Notes: generated from the sequence alone by a model not told the origin. DNA of 64,000 nt from an uncultured Thermoleophilaceae bacterium (GCA_963765135.1 CAVXUX010000007.1:292931-356930); one strand, 5' to 3'. Shown: positions 36,835-50,409, counted from the first letter of the stretch. A program made the numbers and translations.

Positions 36835-37196
36835 ATGGACGTCGAGCTCAAGGTGACGCCCGACAAGTACCTGCCGTACCGCTACGCGGGCGCGTCGGGC
36901 GACTTCAACCCGATCCACCTCGACCCGGAGTTCGCCAAGCAGGTCGGCCTGCCGTCGAACATCCTGCACGGCCTCTACTCGATGGCGCAGGTGGCGCGCG
37001 CCTGCACCCAGGCCGCCGGCGGCGACCCGCGCTCGCTGCGCCGCCTGTCCGTTCAGTTCCGCGGAATGGGCCTGCCCGAGCAGGAGATCGTCGTCACGGG
37101 AGCGCGAGACACGAGCAGGGCGTCGTGGCGCTCGAGGCCGCCCAGGGCGACAACAAGATCATCAAGAACGCGGAAGCCGAGCTGGCGACCGCCTAA
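36835..37196 (+). pseudogene. MaoC-like hotdog dehydratase subunit (HadB-like), one frame break near 37095
   Basis: ATG lies 2 nt after the upstream stop. YRYAGASGDFNPIHLDPEFAKQVGLPSNILHG is the hydratase motif. The C-terminus ..EQGVVALEAAQGDNKIIKNAEAELATA-stop (37194..37196) is in a shifted frame. Confidence 0.72.
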
Positions 37197-37206
37197 ATTA
37201 GACGGC

Positions 37207-39368
<2,162 letters not shown>

Positions 39369-39372
<4 letters not shown>

Positions 39373-40162
39373 TCCGGCTCGCGTTCCGGGCGCCGGCCGA
39401 GGCCGCCGAGCAGGTGCTCGCCGCGCTGCTCGAGCTCGCCCCGAGCGGGGTCGAGCAGGTCGACGGCGAGGGCTTCGTCGAGTACGCGCTCTACGGGGCG
39501 CCGGGCGAGCTGCCGGCGTTCCCGGAGGGCGAGGCCGAGGTCGGCGGCGTGCTGGTGAGCGTGCGCGGCGAGCCGGTGGCGGACGACTGGGCCGAGCGCT
39601 GGAAGCAGTTCCACGAGCCGGTGCTGGTGGGCGAGCGGCATCTGGGTCCGCCCGCCCTGGGCGGCTCAGCGGCGAGGGCGCGCTCGACCTCGTCATCGAC
39701 CCCGGCCAGGCCTTCGGCACGGGCGCGCACCCGACCACGAAGCTGTCGCTCGAGCTGATGCTGGAGCTCGAGCCGAGCGGCTCGTTCGCGGACCTCGGCT
39801 GCGGCTCGGGCGTGCTGGCGATCGCGGCGGCGATGCTCGGCTTCGGGCCGGTCACCGCGGTCGACAACGAGCTCGCGGCGCTCGAGGCCACGCGCGCCAA
39901 CGCGGCTGCCAACGGGGTCGCGCTCGACACGCGTGGAGCGCGTCAACCTGCGCGAGCAAGCCGCCGCCGCCGGCGCCGCACCGTGGCCGCCAACCTGATG
40001 CGCCCGCTCCTGCTCCAGCTCGCCGGGCGGCATCGAGGCCGAGGCCTTGATCCTCTCCGGGCTGCTGGACGGGGAGGCCGACGAGGTGGCGGCGGCATTC
40101 GGCCGCGGCGGGAGGAGCGCAGGCTCGCCGAGGGCGGTTGGGCTGCGCTGTTGCTCTTGTAG
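39369..40162 (+). pseudogene. prmA: ribosomal protein L11 methyltransferase PrmA, at least 4 frame breaks; apparent CTG start
   Basis: The N-terminus (L)IRLAFRAPAEAAEQVLAALLELAPSGVEQV starts at a CTG overlapping the dnaJ stop (CTGA). SAM-MTase motifs DPGQAFGTGAHPTTKL and FADLGCGSGVLAIAAA are in frame 39134..40162. ILSGLLDGEADEV is in frame 40047. Confidence 0.75.
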
Positions 40163-40171
40163 TGTCGCTCC

Positions 40172-40935
40172 ATGCGGTTCGTCGACCTCACCGCGCCGAT
40201 CAGCCAGAGCCCGCCGGAGATGCCCGAGCCGCTCCGCACCGACATCGTCTTCTCCGATCACGCCGAGGGCGCCGCTCAGATCGAGGCGCTGCTCGGGGTG
40301 CCGGCGCGCCTGCTGCGCGACGGCGAGGGCTGGGCGACCGAGACGTTCACCCACTTCGGCACCCACAGCTCGACCCACGTGGACGCGCCCTGGCACTACA
40401 ACTCGACGATCGAGGGCGAGCCGGGCGAGACGATCGACCGGCTGCCGCTCGAGTGGTTCTTCTCCGACGGCGTCGTGCTCGACATGACCGCCAAGGCCGA
40501 CGGCGAGGAGATCGACGTGGCCGACGTGGAGGGCGAGCTGGAGCGGATCGGGCACGAGCTGGCCGAGCTGGACATCGTGCTGGTGCGGACCGGGCGCGAC
40601 GAGCACTACGGCGAGCCGGGCTACATGGCGCTCGGCCCCGGCGTGACGCTTGCGGCCACGCGCTGGCTGTTCGAGCGCGGCGTGCGGGTGATGGGGATCG
40701 ACGCCTGGGGCTGGGACAGCGCCTCTGTACATGCAGGCCCAGGAGGCGCTCGAGCGCGACGAGCCGGGCGTGTTCTGGGCGGCGCACCAGGCCGACCTGC
40801 CCTACTCCCAGATCGAGCGTCTGGTGAACCTCGGTCAGTTGCCGGCGACCGGCTTCAAGGTCGCCTGCTTCCCGCTGCGGATCGTCGGGCGGCAGCGCCG
40901 CCCCGGCCCGCGTGGTGGCGATCCTCGAGGACTAG
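40172..40935 (+). pseudogene. cyclase-family protein (kynurenine-formamidase-like), two frame breaks (near 40720 and near 40885)
   Basis: HFGTHSSTHVDAPWH (HxGTHxDxPxH motif) is in frame 40172. It continues as ..MQAQEALERDEPGVFWAAHQ..FKVACFPLRIVG in frame 40731. The end ..GGSAAPARVVAILED-stop (40933..40935) is in the third frame. TAGTGT lies 6 nt upstream of the ATG. Confidence 0.72.
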
Positions 40936-41605
40936 CCGGCCACCCCGGCCAGCGGCCAGAGGTCGTTCCATACGTAATCGGCCTGCTCTGGCCCGGGGGC
41001 CGGCTCCTGCTTGCGGTTCACCCAGGCCGTCCGCAGCCCGAGCTGCTGCGCCGGCCCGATGTCGTACTTGAACCCGAACGCCACGTGCAGGATCTGGTCG
41101 CGCGGGACGTCGATCTCGCGCAGCGCGTGGTCGAACGGCACCGTCGACGGCTTGTAGGCGCGGGCAGTCCTCGGCCACCGTCACCCCCTCGAACTCGACC
41201 TCGAGGTGGTGCAGCGAGTGGTCGATGATCGCCCGGTCGGTGTTGGAGATGATCCACAGCTTGAGACCGGCGTCGCGCGCGGCCCGCAGCGCCGGCACGG
41301 TGTCCGGGAACGGCTGCCAGCACTCCATCGAGCGCGCCAGCGCCTGGCCGTCGCGCTCGTTGTAGCGGTAGCCGCGCTCGCCGGCCCACGCGGCGAGGCT
41401 GTCGGCGAGGATCTCGCGGTAGGAGCGCCAGTCCTCCTGGATGCGCTCGAACTGGAGCGCCTCCCAGCGCTCGCGCAGCTCGCGCGCGGGCGGTGGATCG
41501 TGCTCGTGTGCGCCGGGCCAGCTCGTAGAGGAAGGAGCCGACGCCGCCCTCCCAGTCGATCAGCGTGCCGTAGCAGTCGAACGTGGCAACCCTGAATTCG
41601 CTCAT
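40932..41605 (-). pseudogene. HAD-superfamily hydrolase (haloacid dehalogenase type II-like), two frame breaks
   Basis: Motif I (VATFDCYGTLIDWE) is in frame 41018..41605. The middle part (..WQPFPDTVPALRAARDAGLKLWIISNTD..) is in frame 40855..41328. The C-terminus (..ILHVAFGFKYDIGPAQQLGLRTAWVNR..) is in frame 40932..41141. Confidence 0.7.
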
Positions 41606-41631
41606 GTCGGGAGTCCTACACTAGTGCCGAG

Positions 41632-42067
41632 ATGTCGCTCCTCGAGCAGATCCAGGCAGGACGTCAAGGACGCCATGAAGGCCGGCGAGAAACAGCGCGT
41701 GCACGCGCTGCGACTGGTCGTGAACGAGCTCCAGAAGGCCGCCAAGGAGAACGGCGGCGACGAGCTGGAGGTGCTCCAGCGCGAGCGCAAGCGCCGCTTC
41801 GAGGCCGCCGAGGCCTACCGCGACGGCGGCCGCACCGACCTGCGCCGAGGCGGAGGAGCAGCGAGGCCGAGCTGATCGGCGGCTACATGCCCGAGCAGCT
41901 CTCCGACGAGCGAGCTGAACGCGATCGTCGGCGATGCGGTCGCCGAGTCGGGGGCGACCTCGCCGAAGGAGATGGGCAAGGTGATGGCGCTCGTGATGCC
42001 GCAGGTCAAGGGCCGCGCGGACGGCAAGCGCGTCAGTGACGCCGTCAAGGAGCTCCTGGTCCCGTAG
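41632..42067 (+). pseudogene. yqeY: GatB/YqeY-domain protein, at least 3 frame breaks
   Basis: MSLLEQIQA.. is in frame 41632. ..DVKDAMKAGEKQRVHALRLVVNELQKAAKE...RERKRRFEAAEAYRDGGRTDL is in frame 41441..41875. The C-terminus SPKEMGKVMALVMPQVKGRADGKRVSDAVKELL-stop ends at 42067. TACACT lies 9 nt upstream of the ATG. Confidence 0.7.
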
Positions 42068-43047
42068 TGCGCACGCAGCTCGAGCTTCCCAACGAGGTGG
42101 CCGCTGAGCTGGCCGGGCCTGGGGACCTGGTCATGAAGACGCTCGAGGACCACCTCGACTGCGAGGTCTACCTGCGCGGCAACGTGCTGACGCTGGACGG
42201 CGCCGAGAACGCCGTGGGCATGGGGCGGACCGTGATCCGCGAGCTGACCGACCTGGTCCGCGCGGGTCACGAGATCGCGCCCGGCACGATCGAGGCGATC
42301 GCCGGCGCGCTCGACCGCCACGAGAGCCCCAGCCGCATCCTCGAGGACGTCGTGTGGCGCCACCGCGGACTGAAGGTCACGCCGAAGACCGTCAACCAGA
42401 AACGCTACGTCGACGCGATCCGCAGCCAGACGATCACCGTCGGCATCGGCCCGGCCGGCACCGGCAAGTCGTTCCTGGCGGTCGCGATGGCGGTGGCCGC
42501 CCTCGCGCGGCGGGAGGTCAACCGGATCGTGCTCACGCGCCCGGCCGTCGAGGCCGGCGAGCGGCTCGGCTTCCTGCCCGGCGACATCGCCGCCAAGGTC
42601 GACCCCTACCTGCGCCCGCTGTTCGACGCGCTCTACGACATGCTCGAGCCCGAGCGAGTCAACCAGCACCTGGACCGCGGCGTGATCGAGGTGGCGCCGC
42701 TGGCATTCATGCGCGGCCGGACCCTGAATGACAGCTTCATCATCCTCGACGAGGCCCAGAACACGAGCCCCGAGCAGATCAAGATGTTCCTGACGCGGCT
42801 CGGGTTCAACTCGAAGATGGTCGTCACCGGCGACGTGACCCAGATCGACCTGCCGCGCGAGCAGCAGTCGGGGCTGCTCGTGATCGGGGACATCCTCAAG
42901 GACGTGGAGGGCATCGAGTTCGTGCGCTTCGGCGGCGAGGACGTCGTGAGGCACAAGCTCGTGCAGCGGATCGTGGCGGCGTACAACGAGTACGCGGAGC
43001 AGCAGGCGCCCCCGCTGCACGCCCCGCGGCGCCAGCAGGCGACCTGA
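42067..43047 (+). CDS. phoH: PhoH-family ATPase
   Basis: Intact 326-aa ORF with Walker A GPAGTGKSFLAVA, RPAVEAGERLGFLPGD, FMRGRTL and VVTGDVTQIDL. The GTG overlaps the yqeY stop by 1 nt. Confidence 0.92.
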   Translation: MRTQLELPNEVAAELAGPGDLVMKTLEDHLDCEVYLRGNVLTLDGAENAVGMGRTVIRELTDLVRAGHEIAPGTIEAIAGALDRHESPSRILEDVVWRHRGLKVTPKTVNQKRYVDAIRSQTITVGIGPAGTGKSFLAVAMAVAALARREVNRIVLTRPAVEAGERLGFLPGDIAAKVDPYLRPLFDALYDMLEPERVNQHLDRGVIEVAPLAFMRGRTLNDSFIILDEAQNTSPEQIKMFLTRLGFNSKMVVTGDVTQIDLPREQQSGLLVIGDILKDVEGIEFVRFGGEDVVRHKLVQRIVAAYNEYAEQQAPPLHAPRRQQAT

Positions 43048-43400
43048 TCGACGTCGAGGCCCCCGAGCAGCTTCGCCGACCGGCGCTCGCGGCGCTCGCC
43101 GCCGCGAGCGTCCAGGACGGCCACCTCGCGATCGAGCTGGTCGACGCCGAGCGCATCCGCGAGCTCAACCGCGAGCATCGGGGTCGCGACGAGCCCACCG
43201 ACGTGCTCTCCTTCCCGGTTGACGAGGCGGCGCCAACGGCTGGGCCGCGAGAGCTTGGTGACGTGATCATCTGCCCCGAGCACACAGAGGACCTGGTCGA
43301 GGCCGTGGTGCACGGGGTGCTGCACCTGTGTGGCTACGACCACGAGACCGACGCGGGCGAGATGCTGGCGCTCCAGGCGCGCGTGCTGGAGGGGCTGTGA
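43044..43400 (+). CDS. ybeY: rRNA maturation endoribonuclease YbeY; apparent CTG start
   Basis: PTDVLSFP and the zinc motif HGVLHLCGYDHE are present. The frame is open back to a CTG that overlaps the phoH stop (CTGA). The first canonical start (GTG 43203) would delete the conserved N-terminal half. Confidence 0.8.
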   Translation: MIDVEAPEQLRRPALAALAAASVQDGHLAIELVDAERIRELNREHRGRDEPTDVLSFPVDEAAPTAGPRELGDVIICPEHTEDLVEAVVHGVLHLCGYDHETDAGEMLALQARVLEGL

Positions 43401-44278
43401 CCCGGTCCGGCTTCGTGGCTCTCGCGGGTCGCCCCAACGCCGGCAAGTCGACGCTCGTCAACCGGATCGTCGGCGGCAAGGTTGCGATCGTGTCCGACAA
43501 GCCGCAGACCACCCGCCGCGAGATCCGCGGGATCGCGACCGGGCCCGACTGGCAGCTGGTGCTGGTCGACCTGCCGGGCGTGCAGCGGCCCCGCGACCCG
43601 CTCACCGAGCGCATGCAGCGCCGCGTGGAGAGCGTGCTGGCCGACTCCGACGCGGTCCTGTTCGTCCTCAACGGCGAGCAGCAGATCGGCGCCGGAGACC
43701 GCTTCATCGCGGCCGCCATCGAGAACGTCGGCGTGCCCGCGGTGACGGCGCTCAACAAGGTCGACCGGCTCAACCGGCCGCGCACCGTCACGGCCCTCGA
43801 GACGGCCGCGGCGCTCGGCGTCAACCGGCGAGATCTTCCCGATCAGCGCCCGCAGCGGCGCGGGGTGGACCCGCTCGTGGAGCAGCTCGTGACGCTGCTG
43901 CCGGAGGGCCCGTTCCTCTACCCGCCCGAGGAGCAGAGCGACCAGGACGAGCAGGTGCGCATCGCCGAGCTGGTGCGCGAGCAGGTGCTGCTGCGCACCC
44001 GCGAGGAGCTGCCCCACGCGGTCGAGGTCGAGGTCGACGAGCTCGAGGAGCGCGAGGACGGCCTGCTCGTCGTGCACGCCCGCATGTGGGCGGAGACCGA
44101 ATCGCAGAAGGGGATCCTCGTCGGAGCCGGCGGGCGCATGGTGAAGGCGGTCGGCACCGCCGCGAGGGGGGAGATCGAGGAGCTGCTGGGCCGCCGCGTC
44201 CACCTCGACCTGCGCGTGCGCGTGCGCAAGGGCTGGCGCCGCGACGAGGCGCTGCTCGACCGGCTCGGCATCGAATGA
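43397..44278 (+). pseudogene. era: GTPase Era with two compensating 1-nt indels (about 43825 and about 43862-43865)
   Basis: GTG 43397 overlaps the ybeY stop (GTGA). The product has G1 GRPNAGKSTLVN, G3 DLPG, G4 NKVD and a KH domain. The segment read as NRRDLPDQRPQRR becomes the expected GEIFPISARSGAG in the +1 frame, so the ORF stays open but 13 residues are scrambled. Confidence 0.88.
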
Positions 44279-45045
44279 GCCTCGACCGCATCGTCGCCTA
44301 CCTGCGCCGCACCGAGGAGGCGATCGTCGACGAGGTGCGCCAGCTGCCCCACGTCACCGCCCTGCTTACGCCCAGCCTGCCGCTGGTCTGGCAGCTCAAC
44401 GCCGTCCGCGTGGAGGACCCGGCCGCCGGCGGTCGGGAGCTGATCGCCGCCGCCGACGAGGCGCTCGGGCATGCCTCGCACCGCAAGCTCGTGGTGCACG
44501 ACGAGCAGCTCGGCCTGCGGCTCACGCCGACCCTGTCGCGCGACGGCTGGAACGTCTACCGCCTGCTGGTGATGGTGCGCGACCGCGAACCGGAGCGCAC
44601 GGCTGCCGAAGGGGCGGCGGGCGAGATCGATCGCGCCAGCGGGGCTCGGGCCCTGGCCGCGTTCCGGCGCGAGCAGCCGTTCGGCTGGCAGGAGGAGGCC
44701 GTGCAGCAGCTGACGGCCATGGACGAGCGCTACGGGCGCGCCCTCCGCGCCCGCGACTTCGCCGCGCCGCCCGAGGATCCGGCGGCGTCCTGCCGGCTCT
44801 ACACGGCCGATGGCCTGGCCCAGGTGGACGAGGTCGGCACCGTCGAGCGCCGCCGCAACCGCGGCCACGCGAGCGCCGCGGTGCTGGCCGCCGCCGAGAC
44901 GGCCGCCGCCGAGGGCTGCGACCCGATCTTCCTGCTCACCGACGCCGCGGACTGGCCGCAGCACTTCTACCGCCGGCTCGGCTTCAGCGCGATCGGGCAG
45001 CTCTACGAGTTCCTCAAGCTGCCACTCGGCAGCGGCAGGCCATAA
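44275..45045 (+). CDS. GNAT-family acetyltransferase-like protein
   Basis: ATG 44275 overlaps the era stop (ATGA). The C-terminal part [17 protein letters not shown]...[19 protein letters not shown] looks like the acetyl-CoA-binding core. The N-terminal domain is of unknown type. Confidence 0.6.
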   Translation: MSLDRIVAYLRRTEEAIVDEVRQLPHVTALLTPSLPLVWQLNAVRVEDPAAGGRELIAAADEALGHASHRKLVVHDEQLGLRLTPTLSRDGWNVYRLLVMVRDREPERTAAEGAAGEIDRASGARALAAFRREQPFGWQEEAVQQLTAMDERYGRALRARDFAAPPEDPAASCRLYTADGLAQVDEVGTVERRRNRGHASAAVLAAAETAAAEGCDPIFLLTDAADWPQHFYRRLGFSAIGQLYEFLKLPLGSGRP

Positions 45046-45056
45046 TCGAAGGCCGC

Positions 45057-45629
45057 ATGGATCTTCGGCCCTGCATAGTCCAGGACGCCCGCACCGGCGA
45101 GGTGCTCACGCTCGCCTACATGAACGAGGAGGCGGAGCGGCGCACGCGCGAGACCGGCGAGGTCTGGTTCTGGTCGCGCTCGCGCCAGGAGCTGTGGCAC
45201 AAGGGGGAGACCTCCGGCAACACGATGCGGGTGCGCGCGCTGCGCTACGACTGCGACGAGGACACGCTGCTGGCACTGGTCGAGCCGGCCGGGCCGGCCT
45301 GCCACACGGGCGAGCGCACCTGCTTCTACCGCGGCGAGATGGAGCCCCAGGACGCCGAGGCGCTGGCGACGCTCGAGCGCACGGTCGCGGAGCGGCGCTC
45401 GGCAGACCCCGAGGGCAGCTACACCGCGGCGCTGCTGGCCGACCCCGCCCAGGTCGGCGCCAAGGTCACCGAGGAGGCGGAGGAGGTCGTCCGGGCGGCG
45501 GCGGACGAGTCCGACGAGCGGGTGGCAGAGGAGGCGGCCGACGTGCTCTACCACCTCACCGTGCTGCTCGCCGCCCGCGGGCTGAGCCTGGCCGACGCCT
45601 TCGGGGTGCTCAATGAACGTCGTCGTTGA
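45057..45629 (+). CDS. hisIE: bifunctional phosphoribosyl-AMP cyclohydrolase / phosphoribosyl-ATP pyrophosphatase
   Basis: The HisI part has [29 protein letters not shown] and [17 protein letters not shown]. The HisE part has [16 protein letters not shown] and [14 protein letters not shown]. Confidence 0.88.
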   Translation: MDLRPCIVQDARTGEVLTLAYMNEEAERRTRETGEVWFWSRSRQELWHKGETSGNTMRVRALRYDCDEDTLLALVEPAGPACHTGERTCFYRGEMEPQDAEALATLERTVAERRSADPEGSYTAALLADPAQVGAKVTEEAEEVVRAAADESDERVAEEAADVLYHLTVLLAARGLSLADAFGVLNERRR

Positions 45630-47057
45630 CCTGGAGCTCACGCCCGGCCTCGACGAGGTCCGCGAGCTCGCGCGCACCCACAACCTGGTGCCGCTGCGAC
45701 ACACGTTCATCGCCGACTGCGAGACGCCGGTGTCGGCCTACCTCAAGCTGCGCGGAGGCGGGCCGTCCTTCCTGCTGGAGTCGGCCGAGCAGGGCCAGCG
45801 CGTGGGGCGCTGGTCGTTCCTCGGGTTCCGCCCGCGCGCGACGATCCGCATGTCGCTGGGCGAACACCCCGACCCGTACTCGGCGGTGGCCGAGGAGCTC
45901 GGCCGCTACCGGATCGCCCCGCTCGAGGGGTTGCCGCCGTTCGCAGGCGGCGCCGTCGGGCTGTTCGGGTACGACCTCGTGCGCAGCGCCGAGCCGAGCG
46001 TCGGGGAGCCCAACCCCGACGAGACCGGCATCCCCGACCTCGCGCTGATGGTCACCGACGTGCTGGTCGCGTTCGACCACCTGCGCCACGAGGTCACGGT
46101 CCTGGCGAACGTGCTGGCCGGAGACGACCTGGAGCGCGCTTACGGCGAGGCCGCCAGCGCGATCGCCGAGGTCAAGGAGCGCCTCGCCGGACCGGTGCCC
46201 CAGTTCGGTCGCGGCAAGGTCGAGCCGCCCGAGTTCGTCTCGAACATCGGCTCGGAGGGCTTCGCCGACGCCGTCGAGCGGGCCAAGGAGTACATCCGCG
46301 CCGGCGACGCCTACCAGGTGGTGCCGAGCCAGCGCTGGACGGCCGACTGCCCGGTCGACGCCTTCTCGATCTACCGCGGCCTGCGCGCGATCAACCCGAG
46401 CCCGTACATGTACTTCCTCGACTTCGAGGACTTCGAGGTGGCCGGGGCGTCGCCGGAGTCGCTCGTGAAGGTCAACGGCCGGCACGTGGAGCTGAAGCCG
46501 ATCGCCGGCACCCGGCCGCGCACCGGCTCCGACCGCGAGCTGTCAGACGAGCTGCTCGCCGACGAGAAGGAGCGGGCCGAGCACGTGATGCTCGTCGACC
46601 TGGGCCGCAACGACCTCGGGCGCGTGTGCGAGTACGGCAGCGTGAAGGTCGACGAGCTGATGGCCGTGGAGGTCTACTCGCACGTGATCCACATCGTCTC
46701 GTCCGTGTCCGGCACGATGCGCGAAGAGGTGACGCCGATGGACGCGATGCGCGCGGCGCTGCCGGCGGGGACGCTCTCGGGCGCGCCCAAGATCCGCGCG
46801 ATGCAGATCATCGACGAGCTCGAGCCGGTCAAGCGCGGCCCGTACGGCGGCGCCGTCGGCTACCTCTCCTACACCGGCGACCTCGACACCTGCATCAACA
46901 TCCGCTCCACGTTCGTGCGCGACGGAGCGGCGTACCTCCAGGCCGGCTGCGGGATCGTCGCCGACTCGGACGCCGGCGACGAGACGCGCGAGTCGGAGGC
47001 GAAGGCGGGCGCGGTGATGGAGGCGATTCGGCTCGCCTGCGCCCAGGCCGACTGGGC

Positions 47058-47061
<4 letters not shown>
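45613..47061 (+). CDS. trpE: anthranilate synthase component I
   Basis: Intact 482-aa ORF with the chorismate-binding core ([21 protein letters not shown]-like, [21 protein letters not shown]). It overlaps the hisIE end by 17 nt. Confidence 0.95.
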
Positions 47062-47599
<538 letters not shown>

Positions 47600-47603
<4 letters not shown>

Positions 47604-48613
47604 GCAATCCCGTGCTCACGGACGCGATCGACCGGGTGGCCGGCGGTCAGGACCTGGACTCCGAGCACGCCGCGCGTGTCCTGCGCGAGGTCATGGAGGG
47701 CAACGCCTCCGAGGCCGAGACGGCGGCGTTCCTGATCGGCCTGCGCACCAAGGGCGAGACCGTCCAGGAGATCGCCGGGCTGGCGGCCACGATGCGCGAG
47801 CTGGCCCTGCCGGTACGCGCCCGCGGCGACCTCGTCGACACGGCCGGCACCGGCGGCGGCCGTCCGACGTTCAACGTCTCGACCACCGCGGCGTTCATCG
47901 CGGCGGGAGCGGGCTGCCGGGTCGCGAAGCACGGCAACCGCTCGGCCACGAGCCAGTGCGGCTCGGCCGACGTGCTCGAGGCGCTCGGGGCGCGCATCGA
48001 CCTGGAGCCGGACGAGGTGGCCGCGTGCATCGAGGAGATCGGCTTCGGCTTCATGTTCGCCCCCAAGCACCATTCCGCCATGAGGCATGTGGTGCCCGTG
48101 CGCAAGGCGCTCGGCGTGCGCACGATCTTCAACTTCCTCGGTCCGCTGACCAATCCAGCCGGGGCCAAGCGCCAGGTGATCGGCGTCTCCGACCCGGCCC
48201 GGATCGAGACGCTCGCGCTGGCGCTGGCGGAGCTCGGCACGGAATCGGCCCTGGTAGTGTCGAGCGCGGATGGCCTCGACGAGCTCTCGGTCTCCGGGAC
48301 GACCCGTGTGGTCGAGCTGAAGGACGGTCGTTTGGAGGTCTACGACGTTTCTCCCGAACAGGTGGGGCTCGAGCTGGCGGGCGACGGCGCCGTCGCCGCG
48401 GGCACGCCGGACCAGAACGCGCGCGTGCTGCGCGACGTGCTCGGCGGACAGCCCGGCACGGAGCGGTCGCTGGCGGTCTTCAACGCCGGCGCCGCCATCT
48501 ACGTCGGCGGGCTGGCGGACTCGCTCGCGGCCGGGGTCGACAAGGCACAAGAGGCGATCGACTCGGGCGCGGCCGCCGGGGTGCTCGACGCCTACGTGGA
48601 GCGGGCCCAGTGA
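47600..48613 (+). CDS. trpD: anthranilate phosphoribosyltransferase
   Basis: GTG overlaps the trpG stop (GTGA). VDTAGTGGG, KHGNRSATS and FNFLGPLTNPA are present. Confidence 0.92.
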
Positions 48614-49407
48614 GCCTCAGGCTGGACGAGCTGGTCGGAGCGACGCGCGAGGCGGTGCACCGCCGCAAGCGCGAACGCCCCCTGGCCGAGCTCGAGCGCG
48701 AGGCCGGCTCGCAGCCCGAAGGCCGTCCGTTCGCCGAGGCGCTCGCGCGGCCCGGCACCTCGCTGATCGCCGAGCACAAGCGGCGCTCGCCGTCGGCCGG
48801 CACGATTCGCGAGGGCCTCAGCTGCGCCGACGTGGTCAGCGCCTACGAGCGTGGCGGCGCCGCCGCGCTGTCGGTGCTCACCGAGGAGGCCCACTTCGGC
48901 GGCTCGCTGGCCGACCTGCGCGAGGCGCGCGCCGCCTCCGAGCTGCCGGTGCTGCGCAAGGACTTCACGATCGACCCCTACCAGCTCTACGAGGCCAAGG
49001 CCGCCGGCGCCGACGCGGTGCTGCTGGTGGTCGGGGCGATGACCCAGGACGAGCTTGCCGCCCTCTATCGCGAGGCGCACGCGCTCGACCTCGACGCGAT
49101 CGTCGAGATCCACGACGAGGAAGAGCTGGACGCGGCGCTCGAGGTCGACGCCGACGTCCTCGGCATCAACAACCGCGACCTCGAGGACTTCAGCGTCGAC
49201 ATCCAGCGCACGTTCGACCTGCTCCACGACGTGCCGGCGGGCAAGGTCGTGGTCTCCGAGTCGGGCATCCACACCCGCGAGCAGATCGACGAGCTGGAGC
49301 AGGTCGGCGTGGACGCGGTGCTGATCGGCGAGGCGCTGATGCGGGCGCCGGACCCCGAGGAAGCCGTGCGCCAGCTGACCCGGCCCGAAGACTCGACGCA
49401 GGCCTGA
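48610..49407 (+). CDS. trpC: indole-3-glycerol phosphate synthase
   Basis: GTG overlaps the trpD stop (GTGA). IAEHKRRSPS, LSVLTEEAHFGGS, LRKDF, GINNRDL and ESGI are present. Confidence 0.92.
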   Translation: MSLRLDELVGATREAVHRRKRERPLAELEREAGSQPEGRPFAEALARPGTSLIAEHKRRSPSAGTIREGLSCADVVSAYERGGAAALSVLTEEAHFGGSLADLREARAASELPVLRKDFTIDPYQLYEAKAAGADAVLLVVGAMTQDELAALYREAHALDLDAIVEIHDEEELDAALEVDADVLGINNRDLEDFSVDIQRTFDLLHDVPAGKVVVSESGIHTREQIDELEQVGVDAVLIGEALMRAPDPEEAVRQLTRPEDSTQA

Positions 49408-49440
49408 ATCGAACCGCCGGGGCCGGGTACGACGTACCTC

Positions 49441-49446
49441 TAGCAT
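49441..49446 (+). promoter_or_regulatory. candidate -10 box (TAGCAT) 8 nt upstream of the moxR ATG
   Basis: TAGCAT-ggtggtgc-ATG with no Shine-Dalgarno. It lies in the 47-nt gap after trpC. Confidence 0.4.
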
Positions 49447-49454
49447 GGTGGTGC

Positions 49455-50405
49455 ATGTCGACCGTCCCTGAGCTCGACCCGGCGAAGGTGGCCGAGCTGG
49501 GTGTCCGTCTGCGCGACAACATCGCCCGCGCAGTCAAGGCGCCCGATCGCGTGCTGCGCGACGTACTGGTTGCGCTGATGGCCGAGGGCCACGTGCTGAT
49601 CGAGGACTACCCCGGCGTCGGCAAGACCGCCCTGGCGCGCGCGCTCGCGCGCTCGATCGAGGCCGAGTACGCGCGCGTGCAGTGCACCGCCGACCTGCTG
49701 CCGGCCGACGTGGTCGGCACCAACGTCTACAACCAGCGCGAGAACCGCTTCGAGTTCAGGCCGGGGCCGGTGTTCGCGAACGTGGTGCTCGTCGACGAGG
49801 TCAACCGCGCCTCGCCGAAGACCCAGTCCGGGCTGCTCGAGTGCATGCAGGAAGGCCACGTGACGGTCGACAAGCACACTCACGAGCTCGCGCGCCCGTT
49901 CCTCGTCGTGGCGACCCAGAACCCGGTCGAGTACGAGGGCACCTATCCGCTGCCGGAGGCGCAGCTCGATCGCTTCATGGTGCGCGTGTCGCTCGGCTAC
50001 CCGAGCGCGCAGGCGGAGAGCGACATGCTGCTCGACCACGCCGAGCGCGACCGGGTGCTCGACCTCGAGCCCGTGACCGACGTGGCCGAGGTGCTCGCCG
50101 CGCAGGGCGCCGCCGCTGCCGTGCACGGCAGCGAGGCGCTGCGCCGCTACGTGGTCGCCATCCTCGACGCCACGCGCGCCGATCCGCGCGTGGACCTGGG
50201 CGCCTCGCCGCGCGCCGGGCTGATGCTCTTCCGCGCCGCCAAGGCGATGGCGGCCCTCGACGGGCGCGACCACGCGCTGCCCGACGACGTTCAGGCACTC
50301 GCCGACTCGGTGCTGGCGCACCGGCTGCTGCTCGGGCCCGGCTCCGGCGGCGACGAGCGAGCCGCCGTCGTGCGCGACGCGCTGGAGCGGGTCCCGGCGC
50401 TCTGA
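49455..50405 (+). CDS. moxR: MoxR-family AAA+ ATPase
   Basis: Intact 316-aa ORF with Walker A YPGVGKT, Walker B/sensor VLVDEVNRASPKTQSGLLECMQE and VVATQNPVEYEGTYPLPEAQLDRF. Confidence 0.92.
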   Translation: MSTVPELDPAKVAELGVRLRDNIARAVKAPDRVLRDVLVALMAEGHVLIEDYPGVGKTALARALARSIEAEYARVQCTADLLPADVVGTNVYNQRENRFEFRPGPVFANVVLVDEVNRASPKTQSGLLECMQEGHVTVDKHTHELARPFLVVATQNPVEYEGTYPLPEAQLDRFMVRVSLGYPSAQAESDMLLDHAERDRVLDLEPVTDVAEVLAAQGAAAAVHGSEALRRYVVAILDATRADPRVDLGASPRAGLMLFRAAKAMAALDGRDHALPDDVQALADSVLAHRLLLGPGSGGDERAAVVRDALERVPAL

Positions 50406-50409
50406 GGCG

